This document shows, piece after piece, positions 27,891 to 47,687 of a stretch of DNA of 64,000 nucleotides (its first letter is position 1; each line of letters starts with the position of its first letter). The translations under genes were made by a program, and so were the position numbers. The stretch lies in NCBI RefSeq assembly GCF_009914755.1, contig NC_060929.1. One strand, written 5' to 3'. Under the pieces are notes generated by a model. That model was not told where the DNA came from. It was given only the letters and a program-made list of their open reading frames with translations, and made no database searches. This DNA comes from the human T2T-CHM13v2.0 reference genome, Homo sapiens.

Positions 27891-29610
27891 GAAGTATATA
27901 AATTTTATAATTAAAATATTATGATAAAAAGCATATACATACTCTCTTCCTCAATCTACTTTGAAGTAGTGTGCACATACACATACATGCACACACACTT
28001 TGCACACACATGACAAAATAAAAAGAAATATTTGAGTCCTCGAAAACTTAACTTTTCTATGGAAAGCCAAAAACTATTTGGTGAAAATGAAGTACTGAAC
28101 TGATAAAGAATGGAATGAATATGTGAATAAAATGTGAATATGTGATAAGGAATAGAGTGAATAAGATAATTATCTACTAATTAGAAAAAAAAGACAGGTA
28201 TGTTTGTAAACCTATCATGTAGGTATACAATTCTTTACAATTTGTGAGTGAAGAGGACTCAGGAAAGAATCTCTTGGGTTATCAGCCTCCTGGGCAAGAG
28301 GGCCAAACAGGAACAGATCTGGTCTGCAGCTCCCAGCAAGATCGACACAGAAGGTGGGTGATTTCTGCATTTTGGACTGAGGTACCTGGTTCAACTCATT
28401 GGGACTGGTTGGACAGTGTGTGCAGCCCACGGAGGGTGAGCTGAAGCAAGGTGGGGCGTTGCTTCACCCAGGAAGCGCAAGGGGTCTGGGAATTCTCTCC
28501 CCTACCCAAGGGAATCCGTAAAGGACTGTGCCTGAGGAACAGTGTACCCCAGCCCAGATACTGCACTTTTCTCATGGTCTTTGCAAACCACAGACCAGGA
28601 GATTCCCTCCAGTGTCTATGCCATCAGGGCCCTGGGTTTCAAGCACAAAACTGCACGGCCATTTGGGAGATACCAAGCTAGCTGCAGGAGTTTTTTATTC
28701 CATACCCCAGTGGCACCTAGAACACCAGCGAGACAGAACCATTCACTCTCCTGGAAAGGGAGCCGAAGCCAGGGAGCCAAGTGGTCTGGCTCGGTGGGTC
28801 CCACCCCAACACAGCCCAGCAAGCTAACATGGACTGAAATTCTCGCTGCCAACCTAGCAGTCTGAGGTCGACCTGGGACACTTGAGCTTGGTGTGGGGAG
28901 GGGCATCTGCCATTGCTGAGGCTTGAGTAGGCGGTTTTACCCTCACAGTGTAAACAAAGCATCCAGGAAGTTGGAACTGGGTGGAGCCCACCGCAACTCA
29001 GCAAGGCAGCTGTGGCCAGACTGCCTCTCTAGATTCCTCCTCTCTGGGCAAGGCATCTCTGAAAAATAGGGCAGCAGCCCCAGTCAGGGGCTTATAGATA
29101 AAACCCCCATCTCCCTGGGACAGAGCACCTGGGGGAAGGGGCGGCTGTGGGTGCAGCTTCAGCATTCTTAAATGTTCCTGCCTGCTGGCTCTGAAGAGAG
29201 CAGTGGATCTCCCAGCACAGTGCTCAAGCTCGGCTAAGGGTCAGACTGCCTCCTCAAGTGGGTCCCTGACCCCCATGTATCCTGGCTGGGAGACACCTCC
29301 CAGTAGGGTCTGAAGGACACCTCATACAGGAGAGCTCTGGCTGGCATCTGGCAGGTGCCCCTCTGGGACGAAGCTTCCAGAGGAAAGAATAGGCAGCAAT
29401 CTTTGCTGTTCTGCAGCCTTCACTGGTAATACCCAGGCAAACAGGGTCTGGAGTGGACCTCCCACAAACTCCAGCAGACCTGCAGCAGAGGGTCCTGACT
29501 GTTAGAAGGTAGAAGGAAAACTAACAAAAAGAAAGGAATAGCACATCCACTCAGAGACATCATCCAAAGGTCACCAACATCAAAGACCAAAGGTAGATAA
29601 ATTCACGAAG

Positions 29611-30647
29611 ATGGGGAGAAACCAATGAAGGCTGAAAATTCCAAAAACCAGAATGACTCTTCTCCTCCAAAGGATTACAACTCCTCGCCAGCAAGGGAAG
29701 AAAACTGAATGGAGAAAGAGTTTGACAAATTGACAGAAGCAGGCTTCAGAAGGTGGGTAATAACAAACTGCTCTGAGCTAAAGGAGCATGTTTAACACAA
29801 TGCAAGAAAGAACCTTGCATAGGAAGAACCTAAGAACCTTCAAAAACAAATGAGATGAATTGCTACCTAGAATAACCAGTTTAGAGAAGAACATAAATAA
29901 CCTGACAGAGCTGAAAAACACAGCACGAGAACTTTGTGAAGCATACATAAGTATCAATAGCTGAATTGATCAAGTGGAAGAAAGGATATCAGAGATTGAA
30001 GATCAACTTAATAAGGTAAAGTGAGAAGACAAGTTTAGAGAAAAAAGAATGAAATGGAATGAACAAAGTCTCCAAGAAATATGGGACTATGTGAAAACAC
30101 CAAATCTACATCTGATTGGTGTACTTGAAAGTGAAAGGGAGAATGGAACCAAGTTGGAAAACACTCTTCAGGATATTATCCAGGAGAACTTCCTCAACCT
30201 AGCAAGGCAGGCCAACATTCAAATTCAGGAAATACAGAGAACACCACAAAGATGCTCCTCGAGAATAGTAACCCCAAGACACATAATTGTCAGATTCACC
30301 AAGGTTGAAATGGAAGAAAAAATGTTAAGGGCTTCCAGAGAGAAAGGTTGGGTTACCCACAAAGGGAAGCCCATCAGACTAACAGCAGATCTCTCTGCAG
30401 AAACCCTACAAGACAGAAGACAGTGGGGGCCGATATTCAACATTCTTAAAAGAATTTTCAACCCAGAATTTCATATCCAGCCAAACTAAGTTTCATAAAA
30501 GAAGGAGAAATCAAATCCTTTACAGAAAAGCAAATGCTGAGAGATTTTGTCACCATCAGGCCTGCCTTACAAGAGCTCCTGAAGGAAGCACTAATCATGG
30601 AAAGGAACAACCGGTACCAGCCACTGCAAAAACACACCAAATTGTAA
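29611..30647 (+). pseudogene. L1 ORF1p remnant (early stop, frameshifts)
   Basis: ATGGGGAGAAAC start; NEQSLQEIWDYVK...TPRHIIVRFTKVEM...KGKPIRLTADLSAETLQ. Confidence 0.9.
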
Positions 30648-30710
30648 AGACCATCGATGTTATGAAGAAACTGGAACAACTAATGGGCAAAATAACCAGC
30701 TAGCATCATA

Positions 30711-34540
<3,830 letters not shown>

Positions 34541-35033
34541 ACAATGAAAACACATGGACACAGGGAGGGGAACATCACACACCAGGGCCTGTCAGCGGGT
34601 GCGGGGCTAGGAGAGGGATAGAATTAGGGGAAATAGCTAATGTAGGTGATGGGTTGATGGGTGCAGCAAACCACCATGGCACGCATATACCTATGTAACA
34701 AAACTGCATGTTCTGCACATGTACCCCAGAACTTATAGTATAATAATAATAATAATAATAATAAAGAATCTCTCTCCAGGGAGAATTATTTTCTCAAGGC
34801 AAACACTGGGTGGGGGCTTGAGGTTCCTAAGGATTATAAGCTAGTTAAATACAAGATGTTAGTGCTTAAAGCAATTTAGGCAAGAGTGCAGTTAACATCG
34901 TCAGCTGCCAAAAGGAAGAAGTCTTGTTGAAATAGATTAAAACAGGAGGAAGGAAGGGCCTAAAAGATATTTAAATTGATCACAAAGTCTGGTATCTACC
35001 TTGAAGCTGGTGATGTTGAAAGACTTTGTCTAC

Positions 35034-35614
<581 letters not shown>

Positions 35615-37499
35615 CCCTCTTTTCTGTGTTTCTTGAAAGAGTGCTTCATATTTAATTTTTCCTACATGTTTCTGCAAATGTTAGTAAATAGAATGTACTC
35701 TATAGGGAAACAATTTTTTAATAGAATAGGAATAATTGGGTGGTGTGTGAGCCACTTCTGCTCTTTCTTAGCTCTGGAGGAAAGTTCAGCGACATTGTAA
35801 TGTCTCAAAGCACCACCCTTCACTGGTGGAAGCACACAAATGAGTGATACTGTCTTAGAGGAAATATATCAACTTTTCTTCAGTTGGCCTTAATCCTAAC
35901 TTTGCAAATGTCCTAAGAAGAAATAAAACAATAGTTCATTTATGAATGTGACTCAAGCCTTTATATACAAAATGTCAATACATTTAAATTTCCACTTGTT
36001 TAGCTGGAATAATGAGCCTTAAAATCTATGTGCCACCTTATTTAGACACATAGATTTAGGAGCACATGAAAGAAATTGAAATATAAAGTTGCTGTCCAAA
36101 AGCACCAACAACTTAGCATAAATTATTTTTGCTGTTACATAAAGAATGTTTTCCATTGTATATTGTAGATGCTATTATTTTAAGTAAGGACTCCTGGTGA
36201 AGTTAAAATATATACTCCACAAATATTTAATGTTTGGATAATTTGTCAGGAGTAGCCTTATTCCATAAAGTGGGGGCAAATTTGTATTGAAGTATCATGT
36301 AATTAGTTCCAAATTAAAATAACATCAAATATATATTGTTTATTTGTGTGAATTACTTCATGCATAAAGGGTTAGTCGTAGGAAATATTGAAAGCCAGAT
36401 GCTCTAACAAGTTGTGACTAGGGAATCTTAAAACAGGTCATCACTTGGCCAGGAAGATTTGACATCTGACCTTTGATTTTTTTGGAAATATGTTGCTTAT
36501 TCAGCAAGAATGTCAAGCCCTGAATAATCTAATATTAAGGAGCTTCTTTCTCCTTTTGTGCTTCTACAAAGCTGGTAGTTACTGTGACAAGATTCAGTAC
36601 CAGGAATGCTTTTTTGAACAAAGAACCTGAGATTTTTTTTTTCTTGCCCTTATTCAGAATTAGCAAGTAAAGGGAAAGCAATGATTTATGATCAATTAAT
36701 AAGATGGAACCCGAAGTCCTATGAAACAACCTTTGTTTTTTCACTTTGTGGGAATTGTAGGTCTAAAATGTTTTATGATTAGCTTCAAAGAACTAACATA
36801 AATATACTTTTGATGTTAAAAAGATAGTAAAGATCTATTTTAAGGAGTGTGATACTGTTGTAGAGAAAAGAAAAAGGCAAGGAATTGGGAATTAAACTGG
36901 TTAAAGTTAAACTAAGCACTAAATTTTGGTTTGAAAATAGATATCCAGATATTACTTTTATTTTACATAATGTAAACTCTTTGAGAACAATTTCCTGTTT
37001 AGCTAACACAGAGAGTTTTTGCTTTCGACACAGTGTTTACACGAGTGCCCGAAGTTACCGCTCTTGCAGTTTGTTAGACTCTAACTCAAACTGACATTAA
37101 CTACATTGCTTGTTCACAATTAGGTTCCTTTGGTAGTTACATAGTTAACTACTTCTAATAGTTAAATGTAGGTAGACTCTATATATCTCTTTTCCTACAA
37201 CCTAGGTATGAGTGGCATATTTATTTATTTATTTTAAAAATAATTTTCACTTTTATTTTAGATGCAGGCGGTACATAATGCAGGCTTGGTGACTGGAAAT
37301 AGAGATAATTGAAGCTACTCTTGAAGGGCTTTTGAATAGTCTTCCAAATGCTAATTATCCTTAGTATAAGTATTCTGCTTATAGTTTGTATATTAAAGCT
37401 CATGCATATGTATATATTGCATTGCCTATGATGACCTATTTTGTGTAAAATAAACATTTTGCCCCAATATATCAATATGCTTCCTTGAAAACACCTTAC

Positions 37500-38300
37500 A
37501 TAGCCAAAATGACATGATATCACCTGACAAAATTATTAGTTTATTAGTATCATGTAATACTCACTCCATATTTAAATTTCTCCTATTTTTCCCTTTTCAG
37601 GTGGTTTAATCTGAACCAAGATCCAGTCTGAGTACATTTTGTTAAATCCCGTGAGTCTCTTCTATTCTTTGAAAGTACCTTTTATCATGACACCCTGACT
37701 TGCTGAAGTCCTCCCAGTTGTCCTTTAGAAGATCTTATGCTGTTTGATCCCTTTCTTGTGGTGATGTTTTATTTGTTTCTTCATCTCCAGTAATCTCTGT
37801 AATCTGGCAGTCAAATCTAAAGGTTATATTAAATTCAAGTTAAACATTTTTGTCAAAGTTAAAATCATAGGTGATGTCGTACACTTAACATTGCATCACA
37901 TTGATGGTCATAAATGTCTGATTGTCCCACCAGTGGTGATATTAAATTTGGCCACAGGATCAAGGGAATAAAAGTCTGATTCTTCTATTGCAAAATTATG
38001 TTTCTCAGTTTGTGATCAAATTTTTTTGGCTAGAACTGTGAATTTTCAGGTCACCAACAGCCATTTATGTCATTTTATTTTAACACCAATTGATAAGAGT
38101 TGGCTGCATCGATAATCTAATCAGGGCAAATAGTTATATCTGTGATTCTTATCATTTATTTCACACTTATTAGTTAGCTTTCTTCATCATGTAGACTGCT
38201 TTTTCCTTCAACTGGGTCTATTTAATTTTCTAAATCACAATTCCTTCTAAAAAGGTGGAATACATGTTAATTCTTTCTTTTGTTTCTATAATTTGGAGGC
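37500..38300 (-). mobile_element. Old L1MC-like fragment
   Basis: attaaattcaagttaaacattttt...cattgcatcacatt...tgattgtcccaccagtggtgatattaaatttgg. Confidence 0.5.
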
Positions 38301-39250
38301 AGTTCACTGAGCAGATATCTGTCTTCAGAACTCTAACTGACCCTGTCCAATGTGGCTGCTTTATAATACATATTCTATTAATTTTAAAAAATAATTCCCA
38401 TTGTGCTTGTGCCAAAATGGCTATCCGGGAACAATTGTTATAGTGTATTTCATTTCTTATTTGTTTCTGGTTGTTATGTAAAATATCCTAAGCATTTGTA
38501 AATATACTAATCATTGTTCTTTTTTTATTCATTATATTTCCGTGTAAGGGTGTATTTGATTCACTTACTGTAATCTTTTCCTTCCAGGGTTTTCCCATGA
38601 TATTCCATAATTTCCATTTCATCTTGATGATTTCATCTATAATATTTATTTGGTGCTGAGAAGGTTCCCACAAATTAGTCAGATTCCAATGCTGATATCC
38701 TGTTACTTTCCACCTGCTACCATAACCCTCTCCTTGGGTATCCAGACAGATTATGGCACTGTCTTGTAGCTGGTCCCAGAAACAATTTATATGGCCAATA
38801 TTTGTTACAGGGTAAATACCAAGGATCCAGGACATCTGGCATGTCATAATCTTTAGAAAATTTTGATTAGTTGTAAGACTGTCTTAGATTTGACAATATC
38901 CGGATTTGTCATTATGGGGTCCCCCTAATTTGTCTTCTGGTGGTGTGCTGGAAGCTGAAATAACCTGATGCATTAATTAGGCCAGTATAACACATGAAAT
39001 AGAGTGTGGTTTGGCAGACTAGGGCCTCTGTGAAAGAAAATTACCTTGCCATCCATGTTGAAGAATTTTATAATAAATTACAGACAATATATAACAAAAC
39101 ATTTATGAAAGTAGGGACCAGTGCTGAATCTCCAGAGTGAAGCCTCACATGTAACAGACTCAGAACAAATGCTGGTTGAATGAATTAATTTCAACTCACT
39201 CATCTGTGGGAATTAGAGATCCTTCAAAGAAATACACAGATGAGAGTTGA

Positions 39251-39576
<326 letters not shown>

Positions 39577-40080
39577 GAAACCTCTCTTAACTAAGAGTCT
39601 ATATTGTCTTTTATTGGAAAGTGTGTCAAAGTTCTTTTGCCTTTCCTGAAGATGTTTATACCATAAAATTCTATCTGTTTCTTATCCTCTGACATTAGTT
39701 TGTTGCTGATATTATTACTAGATTTCAAGGTCACTTCAGAAATACTTGGTAGTAAAATAAAGGCTCTAATTAAAAAAAACTATTCTGTTATCGATCATGT
39801 CTTTGTTCTGTTGCCGATGTTTGCTTGTCTAAAAACTCAGAAACACATTTTTTCCTAATTGACTAGACATATTTAACCATGTATACTCACTAAAACTGGA
39901 GAAAATTGATGTATCAATCATAATGTCAATAAAACTTTGTCTGCCAAGTAGAGCATATTGAGTACTCAACATAGTTCTCCTCCCTTACCCCTACCCAAAT
40001 CTGTTGAGTTGTCTTCATGAGCAGAGACTCAGGATAATTTAATAACTTGTGTCACTACAGTTGGCCCTTGGCATACTCAT

Positions 40081-40376
40081 TTTCTTTTTTTAAAATTTTT
40101 TTGAGACTCACTCTGTCGCATAGGCTGAAGTGCAGTGGCTCAATCTCGGCTTACTGCAACCTCCGCTTCCTGGGTTCAAGTGGTTCTTGTGCCTCAGCCT
40201 CTGGAGTAGCTGGGACTACAGGTGCCTGCCACCATGGCCAGCTAATTTTTGTGTTTTTAGTAGAGACATGGGTCACCATGTTGGCCAGGCTGGCCTTGAA
40301 CTCCTGACCCCAAGTGATCCGTCCTCCTCAGCCTCTCAAAGTGCTGGATTATAGGCATGAGCCACCATGCCTGCCC
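40081..40376 (-). mobile_element. AluS
   Basis: TSD-like tggcatactca on both flanks. Confidence 0.93.
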
Positions 40377-42949
40377 TGGCATACTCAGTTTCATAATGGT
40401 GGTTTAACTGTCAAATTAATAAAAAGTCCTATGCCCTGTCCTCCAGAAAGTGCTAGAAACCCAGCACCACTCAAATAAGGCTCTCCAAATTCTTCTTTCA
40501 TAGATAACAAGAAGACCACTCCATGTTTGTCTATATATATATTTTTAAATAGAAATAGCTAACATCAATAAATTGATTGAATGTAAGCTTTCCAATTATG
40601 ACATATGAATTTCCATATCTTTTATTTAGTTACCAGTTATTAATAGTTTGCCAAACTAGCTTTATCTCCTCTCTCTCATTTTTCTTTCTTTCCTTGTTAA
40701 CACTTTGAATAATGAAGAAATTTTAACGCATTATAATTCACTATTATTATTATTATTTTGATGTCAAATTATCCCAAATTTGGCCAGAAGGAGCCTCTTC
40801 AGACCTGCTCTTTTATGTTTTTGGCATGATCATATTCATCCATTACATTTAATTCCTCTTGACTTCATGTCTTGGAAGATTTAAACTTTAGATTTGTTAC
40901 TATTTTGATATTCCCTACATGCATCTCCTACAGATATAAATGACTTAGTTATTTGAAACAATTAGTTGGTCTCCTCTATATCTTCAGGACAAAATTTTTT
41001 AAAAAGACAAAATTTAATGTTTTTATATACCACGGCAAAGTGTGTAATTATTATTATCACCCACCATGCCTGGCCAATTTATGTCTTTTTAAGAAAAAAT
41101 ATTTCTATTAAGTTCAAAGACTAGCATTAGAGATGATAACAATAGAGTTTAGTTGGCTTTTGCTTCTTGGTATAACTTCATCTGCAATTTTTTGCTCAAT
41201 ACCGCTTTGTTCGTGTTCACTGTTTTATGAGATTTCTTGTGAATTTTAAAATTAGATAAAATTTCATATACCTTCAGAATTCTGAATCCAGTTGAATGTT
41301 TAAAAACAAATTAAAATGCCATAGGAACTTTCAGATGAACAATACAGCATTGTTCAGAAATGCTAAATACAGGACCTTTTCAAATAATTTTCCTGGTGAA
41401 AAAGTACTTCAATGTGCACACAATGCCCAATGCGTGCCTTTTTCATAGAATGGCTTGAAGTGTGTTACTTCTTAAGGAAGCTATTACTTCTTTATAGTCC
41501 TTTCAGAATATTTTCTATATTTGTTACTAATGTTTTAACTTTGAAATGCAGAAACATATATATTTACAGAACTCGGTTATTCTCATGTCATATTTGAAAT
41601 TTTAAAATTTTTCATCCCGTGGGATGTTTATGTCATAAAGCAAGATTTAGCTAAAATATGCACAGTTATCCTTGAAGGCTTAATTATAATTTCCCAATAT
41701 ATCTAGGTAGTCTTTTGCTCCAAAATGATCCTGAGGGGTAAGAAAGTTTTATTTTTAGTCCCAGATCTTTCATTAGCCAGCTCTATTATTACCTTAGGTA
41801 AATTACTTGACTAATAATTCAGTCAATTTTTTTGATAAAAAAGAATCTGAAAATGTGCAATATATTGGAGAGTCAGTTCTTTGGGATTACTTTTTCTATA
41901 TGCAAATCAGGAAAGTTTGACTAGGTAATTTCAAAATCATTCCCAATTTTAAATTTCTTTGACTCTCTGATAACAGATATAAAATTGTATTATCTGAAGA
42001 GAGTATTCAGAGAAGAAGCACTTTCTTTTATCTGCAAATTCATCTTTTGCTACAGGTGGAGATAAGAAGCAGTAGCTGGAATTACAGGGTGGATATAATA
42101 TACTTCTGCTAGCTCTTTCCTTGTACATATTTTACAAATATAAAGTATTGCATATGAAGGACATTGCTATGCTGAATGGTACATCGTCTGCTTTACATGT
42201 AGAGAGGTGGATGGATGGAGATCAGGCAATAGTTCTTTTTTTCCCCTTCCGAAATTTTAAAATATGTTAGTGCTGGCTCACACTATTTTTTCACATGAGA
42301 AGATATTAGGACAAACATGTTCATCTGAGAGACATTGCTGCTTCTGTATCTCTAAATATCATCTTTCCAGTCCTATCTCTCTACCCTTGGGTTTAACCAC
42401 ATCCAATTATTTTCTAAGACATCATAAAAGATTCACTGCATTCATAACAATAGGCTGTCACTGGTTCATCTGCCTTCAAATATGTTATTGAAGAAAATTC
42501 ATTCAGTTCAAAGATCAGTATTTCTTACAAACTTTCTGGAAAATATTCCCCAAAATGTTCTAACTTAGACATCCTCTTACTGCTGGCTTAATGATCAAAA
42601 GGTTTTAGAGAGCACGAAGCATTTTGAAGTTGAAGTGATTTAAATGCCTTTTCTGCCATATCCCTTGTTCTTGAATGTGTTCACTCACTGGCTGAATTTA
42701 TAGAACCAATTTAGGAGAAGAACAATGTTTCTGCGTCCCCTAAGAAATTTCTCAAATTCCTTACAGTGACAATCAAAAGAAAATCTGATTTGCTCTTTGT
42801 GAGAGCATTTCTTATATACTCTCAGTAGCAGTAAAAGTTTTGATTGCTCTGGTTTCAAAAAGAAAATTAGAATTTTTTTTTATTTCTTCTCCCTTTAAAA
42901 GCATAGCTTCGTGCTCTGCAGTATGTACAAACACAATTAACTGCAGACA

Positions 42950-43175
42950 GAGGACCTAAGGTGTGAACTTTGTAATCAGACAGACCTGGGTTCAAACGTT
43001 AGCTCAAACATTTGCTAGCTCTATGATTGTAGGTATTGCTTTTAAGAAATCTGACCCTCGGTTTTTCATCTGTAAAATGAGACCCAATGTTTAATGTTGT
43101 AAGTTTTAAATGAGAAAATACATGCAATATACTTACAACAGTCCTTGGAGCATATGACATGCTCAGTAAACAATA
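42950..43175 (+). mobile_element. MIR
   Basis: tcagacagacctgggttcaaa...ctcggtttttcatctgtaaaatg...atgctcagtaaa. Confidence 0.8.
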
Positions 43176-43710
43176 GCTGGCTGCTAACCTTTTAATTTTA
43201 TCTATTATTAACTGGCTGTTAACCTTTCAATTTTATTTCTAAAATTTGATGGCTATTTAAAAAACGTGACTAAAATATTAATATTGCTCTTCAAAGAAAT
43301 GACCCATGATTTCTTGCTATCATTAAATGTTCAATGTTCCTATTCCCTCAGTAGGTTTATTCAAAGTAGGATCTAAACAAGGGCCACATTTGTCTTAACA
43401 GTTTTTCATCAGTAGGTTTCTGTCTTTCTTTTTTCTTTTTTAAAAACTGGTTTCTGTTTGTTTAAGAAAATACATAACTAATTCTGTAGCATTTCTCACA
43501 TTCTTGTTTGTCTGGTTGTATCTGCCACAGTATTATGGAAAATATTAAATTAAAAAAATAAAAATTTAAAATTTAAATGAGGTAGTAATTTAGCAAGACC
43601 CAACCAGACTTTAAATTCTATGAGATTATGCTTTTTTCTTCTTTGCATCCTATGGGGCCTGAGGATACAGTGCTAGGCAAATAAGAAATACTTGTTGCTT
43701 GATCAATTAT

Positions 43711-44134
43711 TCCTATAGTTTGAATATTTGTCCCCTCCAAAACTCCTGTTGAAATGTAATCTCCGTTGTGCAGTATTGGAGAGGTGGGGCCTTTAAGAGG
43801 TGACTGGGTGATAAGGGCCCTGCTCTCATGAATGGACTAATTCATTCATGGATTAATGGGTTAATGGATTAATGGGTTGTCATGGCAGTGGGACTGGTGG
43901 CTTTCTAAGAGGAGGAAGAGGGAATGAGCACCTCAGCACACTCAGCCCCTGTCCATGTGATGCCCCTCACCACCTCAAGTCTCTTCGGAGAGTCCCCATC
44001 AGCAGGAAGGCTCTCTCCAGATGTGGCCTCTCAACCTGGGACTTCTCAGCCTCCTTAAGAAATGCATTTATTTTCTTTATAAATTACCCAATTTCAGGTA
44101 CTCTGTTATAAGCAACAGAAAACAGACTAATACA
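43711..44134 (+). mobile_element. MSTD-like solo LTR
   Basis: ggattaatgggttaatggattaatggg signature; ends acagactaataca; TSD attat/attac (4 of 5). Confidence 0.85.
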
Positions 44135-44216
44135 ATTACTGAGAGAAATACCCCTGCATTTAACTAATATATATTAACATTTATATTAGAGATAAAGTAA
44201 GAATTAAGAGTTTCAA

Positions 44217-44437
44217 GGCCAGGCACGGTGGCTCATGCCTGTAATCCCAGCACTTTGGGAGGCCAAGGATTAGCCTGGCGTGGTGGCTGGTGCCTGTAGT
44301 CCCAGCTACTTGGGAGGATGAGTCAGAATTGCTTGAACCTGGGGGGCAGAGGTTGCCGTGAATCGAGATCATGCCACTGCACTCCAGTCTGGATAACAGA
44401 GCAAGACTCCATCTAAAAAAAAAAAAAAAAAAAAAAA
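44217..44437 (+). mobile_element. Alu with an internal ~80-bp left-arm deletion
   Basis: gaggccaagg is joined directly to attagcctgg. Confidence 0.9.
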
Positions 44438-45511
44438 GAGAGATTCAAAATTTGGTCTTGCTTTTGCCATCATTTTGCTATTTCACACTGAAAAAAAAAT
44501 CATTAAATATTTCTAAGCTCCAGCTTGCCTGTCTTTTTTTTTTTGGTCTCATAGATTTGCCATGAGAATGAGAAAAGATATGAATGGTAATATAAATGCT
44601 AGTTAAATAATAACTGTTATTCTTGTTGAATAAAAATGCATAAATACTGATATTTATTTTTAACATCAGCAGTTAGATAAAGGACTAGATGGCCTTGCTG
44701 GTTGAAAAGACACTCTTATATTTTACAAATGGAAAATGATTTTTCCTACCTAGCTTCCATGTCTATCTTGGCCATTATTGTGCAGTTTTATATGCCACAT
44801 TATAATTGGAGAATGAACATTTTCCTGATTTTTCTCACCAAGTGAGGATTCAGTTGCAATAATGATGATTGGCTTGTATGGCAAAATGAGACCAGAGACT
44901 TTGCCTTACGTACCCAGAACTCTTGATCAGGCCAGCTTCAGGGATCTTCTGAAAGAAGGGAGGACTCATCTCCACCCAAATAAGGCAATTGAGGAAGTAT
45001 CAACTAATTTTTAACAAAGACTGTATTAATGGAATATCTATAGAAATAAATATACATGCATTTAAATACAAATGTCATTCCAAAAAATGCTGTTCCAATG
45101 AATACTAAATAAATTTGTAATAAGGGTCATTTGAAGTAAAAACAATGCCCTAATTTCAGTTTTAGCAAAGGCTCAATGAATGCATAGTGTCTAGGCACCT
45201 AATATGTTTAATGGTTTAAAAAACAGCTTTTAAATTCCATTTAGGACTCATTTAGATTCACAATTAAGATATGTGTTATAATACTCGGAAAACTACAGTG
45301 AATGACCAGGAACAGTGTAGTTGCAGAATTACAGGAATGTTGAACACACAAGGCAGACTCTGCACGTAGGTATAGCTGGAGGTTTGCATCTGCCTACTCT
45401 TTAGGTTTGGACATAAGGTCTTATTAGTAAAGGAATAACAAGGCATACCTGTATACACAAATGAACCAGAGCAGTGGTTCTCATCCTAGGGAAACTATTT
45501 AAAAAATAGTA

Positions 45512-45883
<372 letters not shown>

Positions 45884-47157
45884 GTATTAATATTCAGTTT
45901 TAACCCAAGATGCATTACAACTCAGAATTTCTGGAGGTATGGCCTAACATTTATTGCTGTTAGTCAAAAAGTTGGAATTCTTTCCCTTTAATTTTATCCT
46001 CAGTTAAAAATGGAGATGGTGATAAAATTAATTTTTAAAAAGTATATTACACTTGAAAATTACAATAGGTCAGGAAGGAAGCAAAATGAGGTAACGGTTA
46101 TTTTTGTGCCCTCTGTGAGCACAATTACAAACCCCAGACTGAACCATTGTTTAGGGTTTCAGCTCCTTGAAATGGTTTCTCTTCTCATCTAGAGATGACC
46201 TCCTTTCCAAGATTAGTGAACTTTAAAGACTGTGTAGAGAACTTAGGTTTTCTAAGAAGGGGTTTTTTTTTTTCTTCAGACCTCTTTTATATGTAAAATG
46301 TCTTAGGGAAGTCATTTAGGCAATCATCTGGTACAAAATATCAATGTTTTTGACATTTTTTTCCTCAGTAACTCTTGAGAGAGTTTTAGATGTGTAACCT
46401 GCTAGAAAAACAGATGTCTTTAGAAAATCTGTTTTTTTTCAAGAATGATTTATATCTGCGGATAGAAGAAAAATAAAGGTTATTTGTCTAACTTACTTCA
46501 AACTCTAAGTTGTGGTTTGTGGAAGTTAGACTATTTTACCATGTATCCTACAGCTTTGACTGTTTTGAGTCATTTATTGTACTGCCAGTATTAAAGTAAA
46601 AAGATGAATCAATTAATAAGAAAAATTTTTAAAGTTGTAAATTTTCAGAGTTGTGAGTTTTTGAAAAAACATGCAAATAAATCTTATTAGTTTTTTCTTT
46701 TGTTATTAAGTCATGATTCAATTACTCTTTGAAAACAATAATCATTTTTCCTTTATATTTCATTTACATTGTGTGCCCAATTATTTTTCATTATTGGTTA
46801 GACTTAACATAGTCTTTTGAAAGGAGAATAGATATTTCTCACTGTCCTTCCAGACTTATATTTTAATACATTTATGACTAAAATTAATCTTGTCCACACA
46901 TTGGTGAGTTAATTCTCTTGATCTGCATGGCAGAAGGATAAGCACAAATTTGTCTGTTTCAAACTACTAAAAGCAGCTATAAAAAGCTACTAAAAGCAGC
47001 GTTTATTGAATGATCTGGATTCCGTAGTATACAATCAGAAAATAGCTTTATTTTTCCACCACTATATATCACACCTGAGTTTTGGACTTCCCCTTTCCCA
47101 CTATTTGACAGCGTTTTTTAAACAGATCTCTTAGTTTGTCAGTCATTAACAGTGTTT

Positions 47158-47467
47158 ATTTATTTACTTTTTTTTTTTTTTTTGAGATGGAGTCTTGCTC
47201 TATTGCCCAGGCTGGAGTCCAATGGTGGGATCTCGACACACTGCAACGTCTGCCTCCCGGGTTCAAAGTGATTCTCCTGCCTCAGCCTCCTGAGTAGCTG
47301 GGACTACAGGCATGCGCCACCATGCCCAGCTAATTTTTTGTATTTTTAGTAGAGACGCAGTTTCACCATGCTGGCCAGGCTGGTCTCACACTCCCGACGT
47401 CAGGTGATCCACCCCCTTTAGCCTCCCCAAGTGGTGGGATTACAGGCGTAAGCCACTGCGCCCAGCC
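47158..47467 (-). mobile_element. AluS
   Basis: TSD-like aaca(a)gtgttta on both flanks. Confidence 0.94.
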
Positions 47468-47554
47468 AACAAGTGTTTAAAAGTCCATTCTAAGCCAGCA
47501 TTCTAATCTTGCCTTCACTTTAAAGTTTTTTCACTTTAGGCTCGGCATGGACTC

Positions 47555-47687
47555 TGTTGTTTTTTTTTTGTTGTTGTTGTTGAGATGGAGTCTCGCTCTA
47601 TCGCCCAGGCTGGAGTGCAGTGGTGTGATCTCACTCACTGCAACCTCCACCTCCCGGGTTCACACCGTTCTCCTGCCTCAGCCTCCA
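47555..47687 (-). mobile_element. 5'-truncated Alu right arm (AluY/Sc-like)
   Basis: gggttcacaccgttctcc; TSD tggac(t/c)ctgtt on both sides. Confidence 0.85.
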
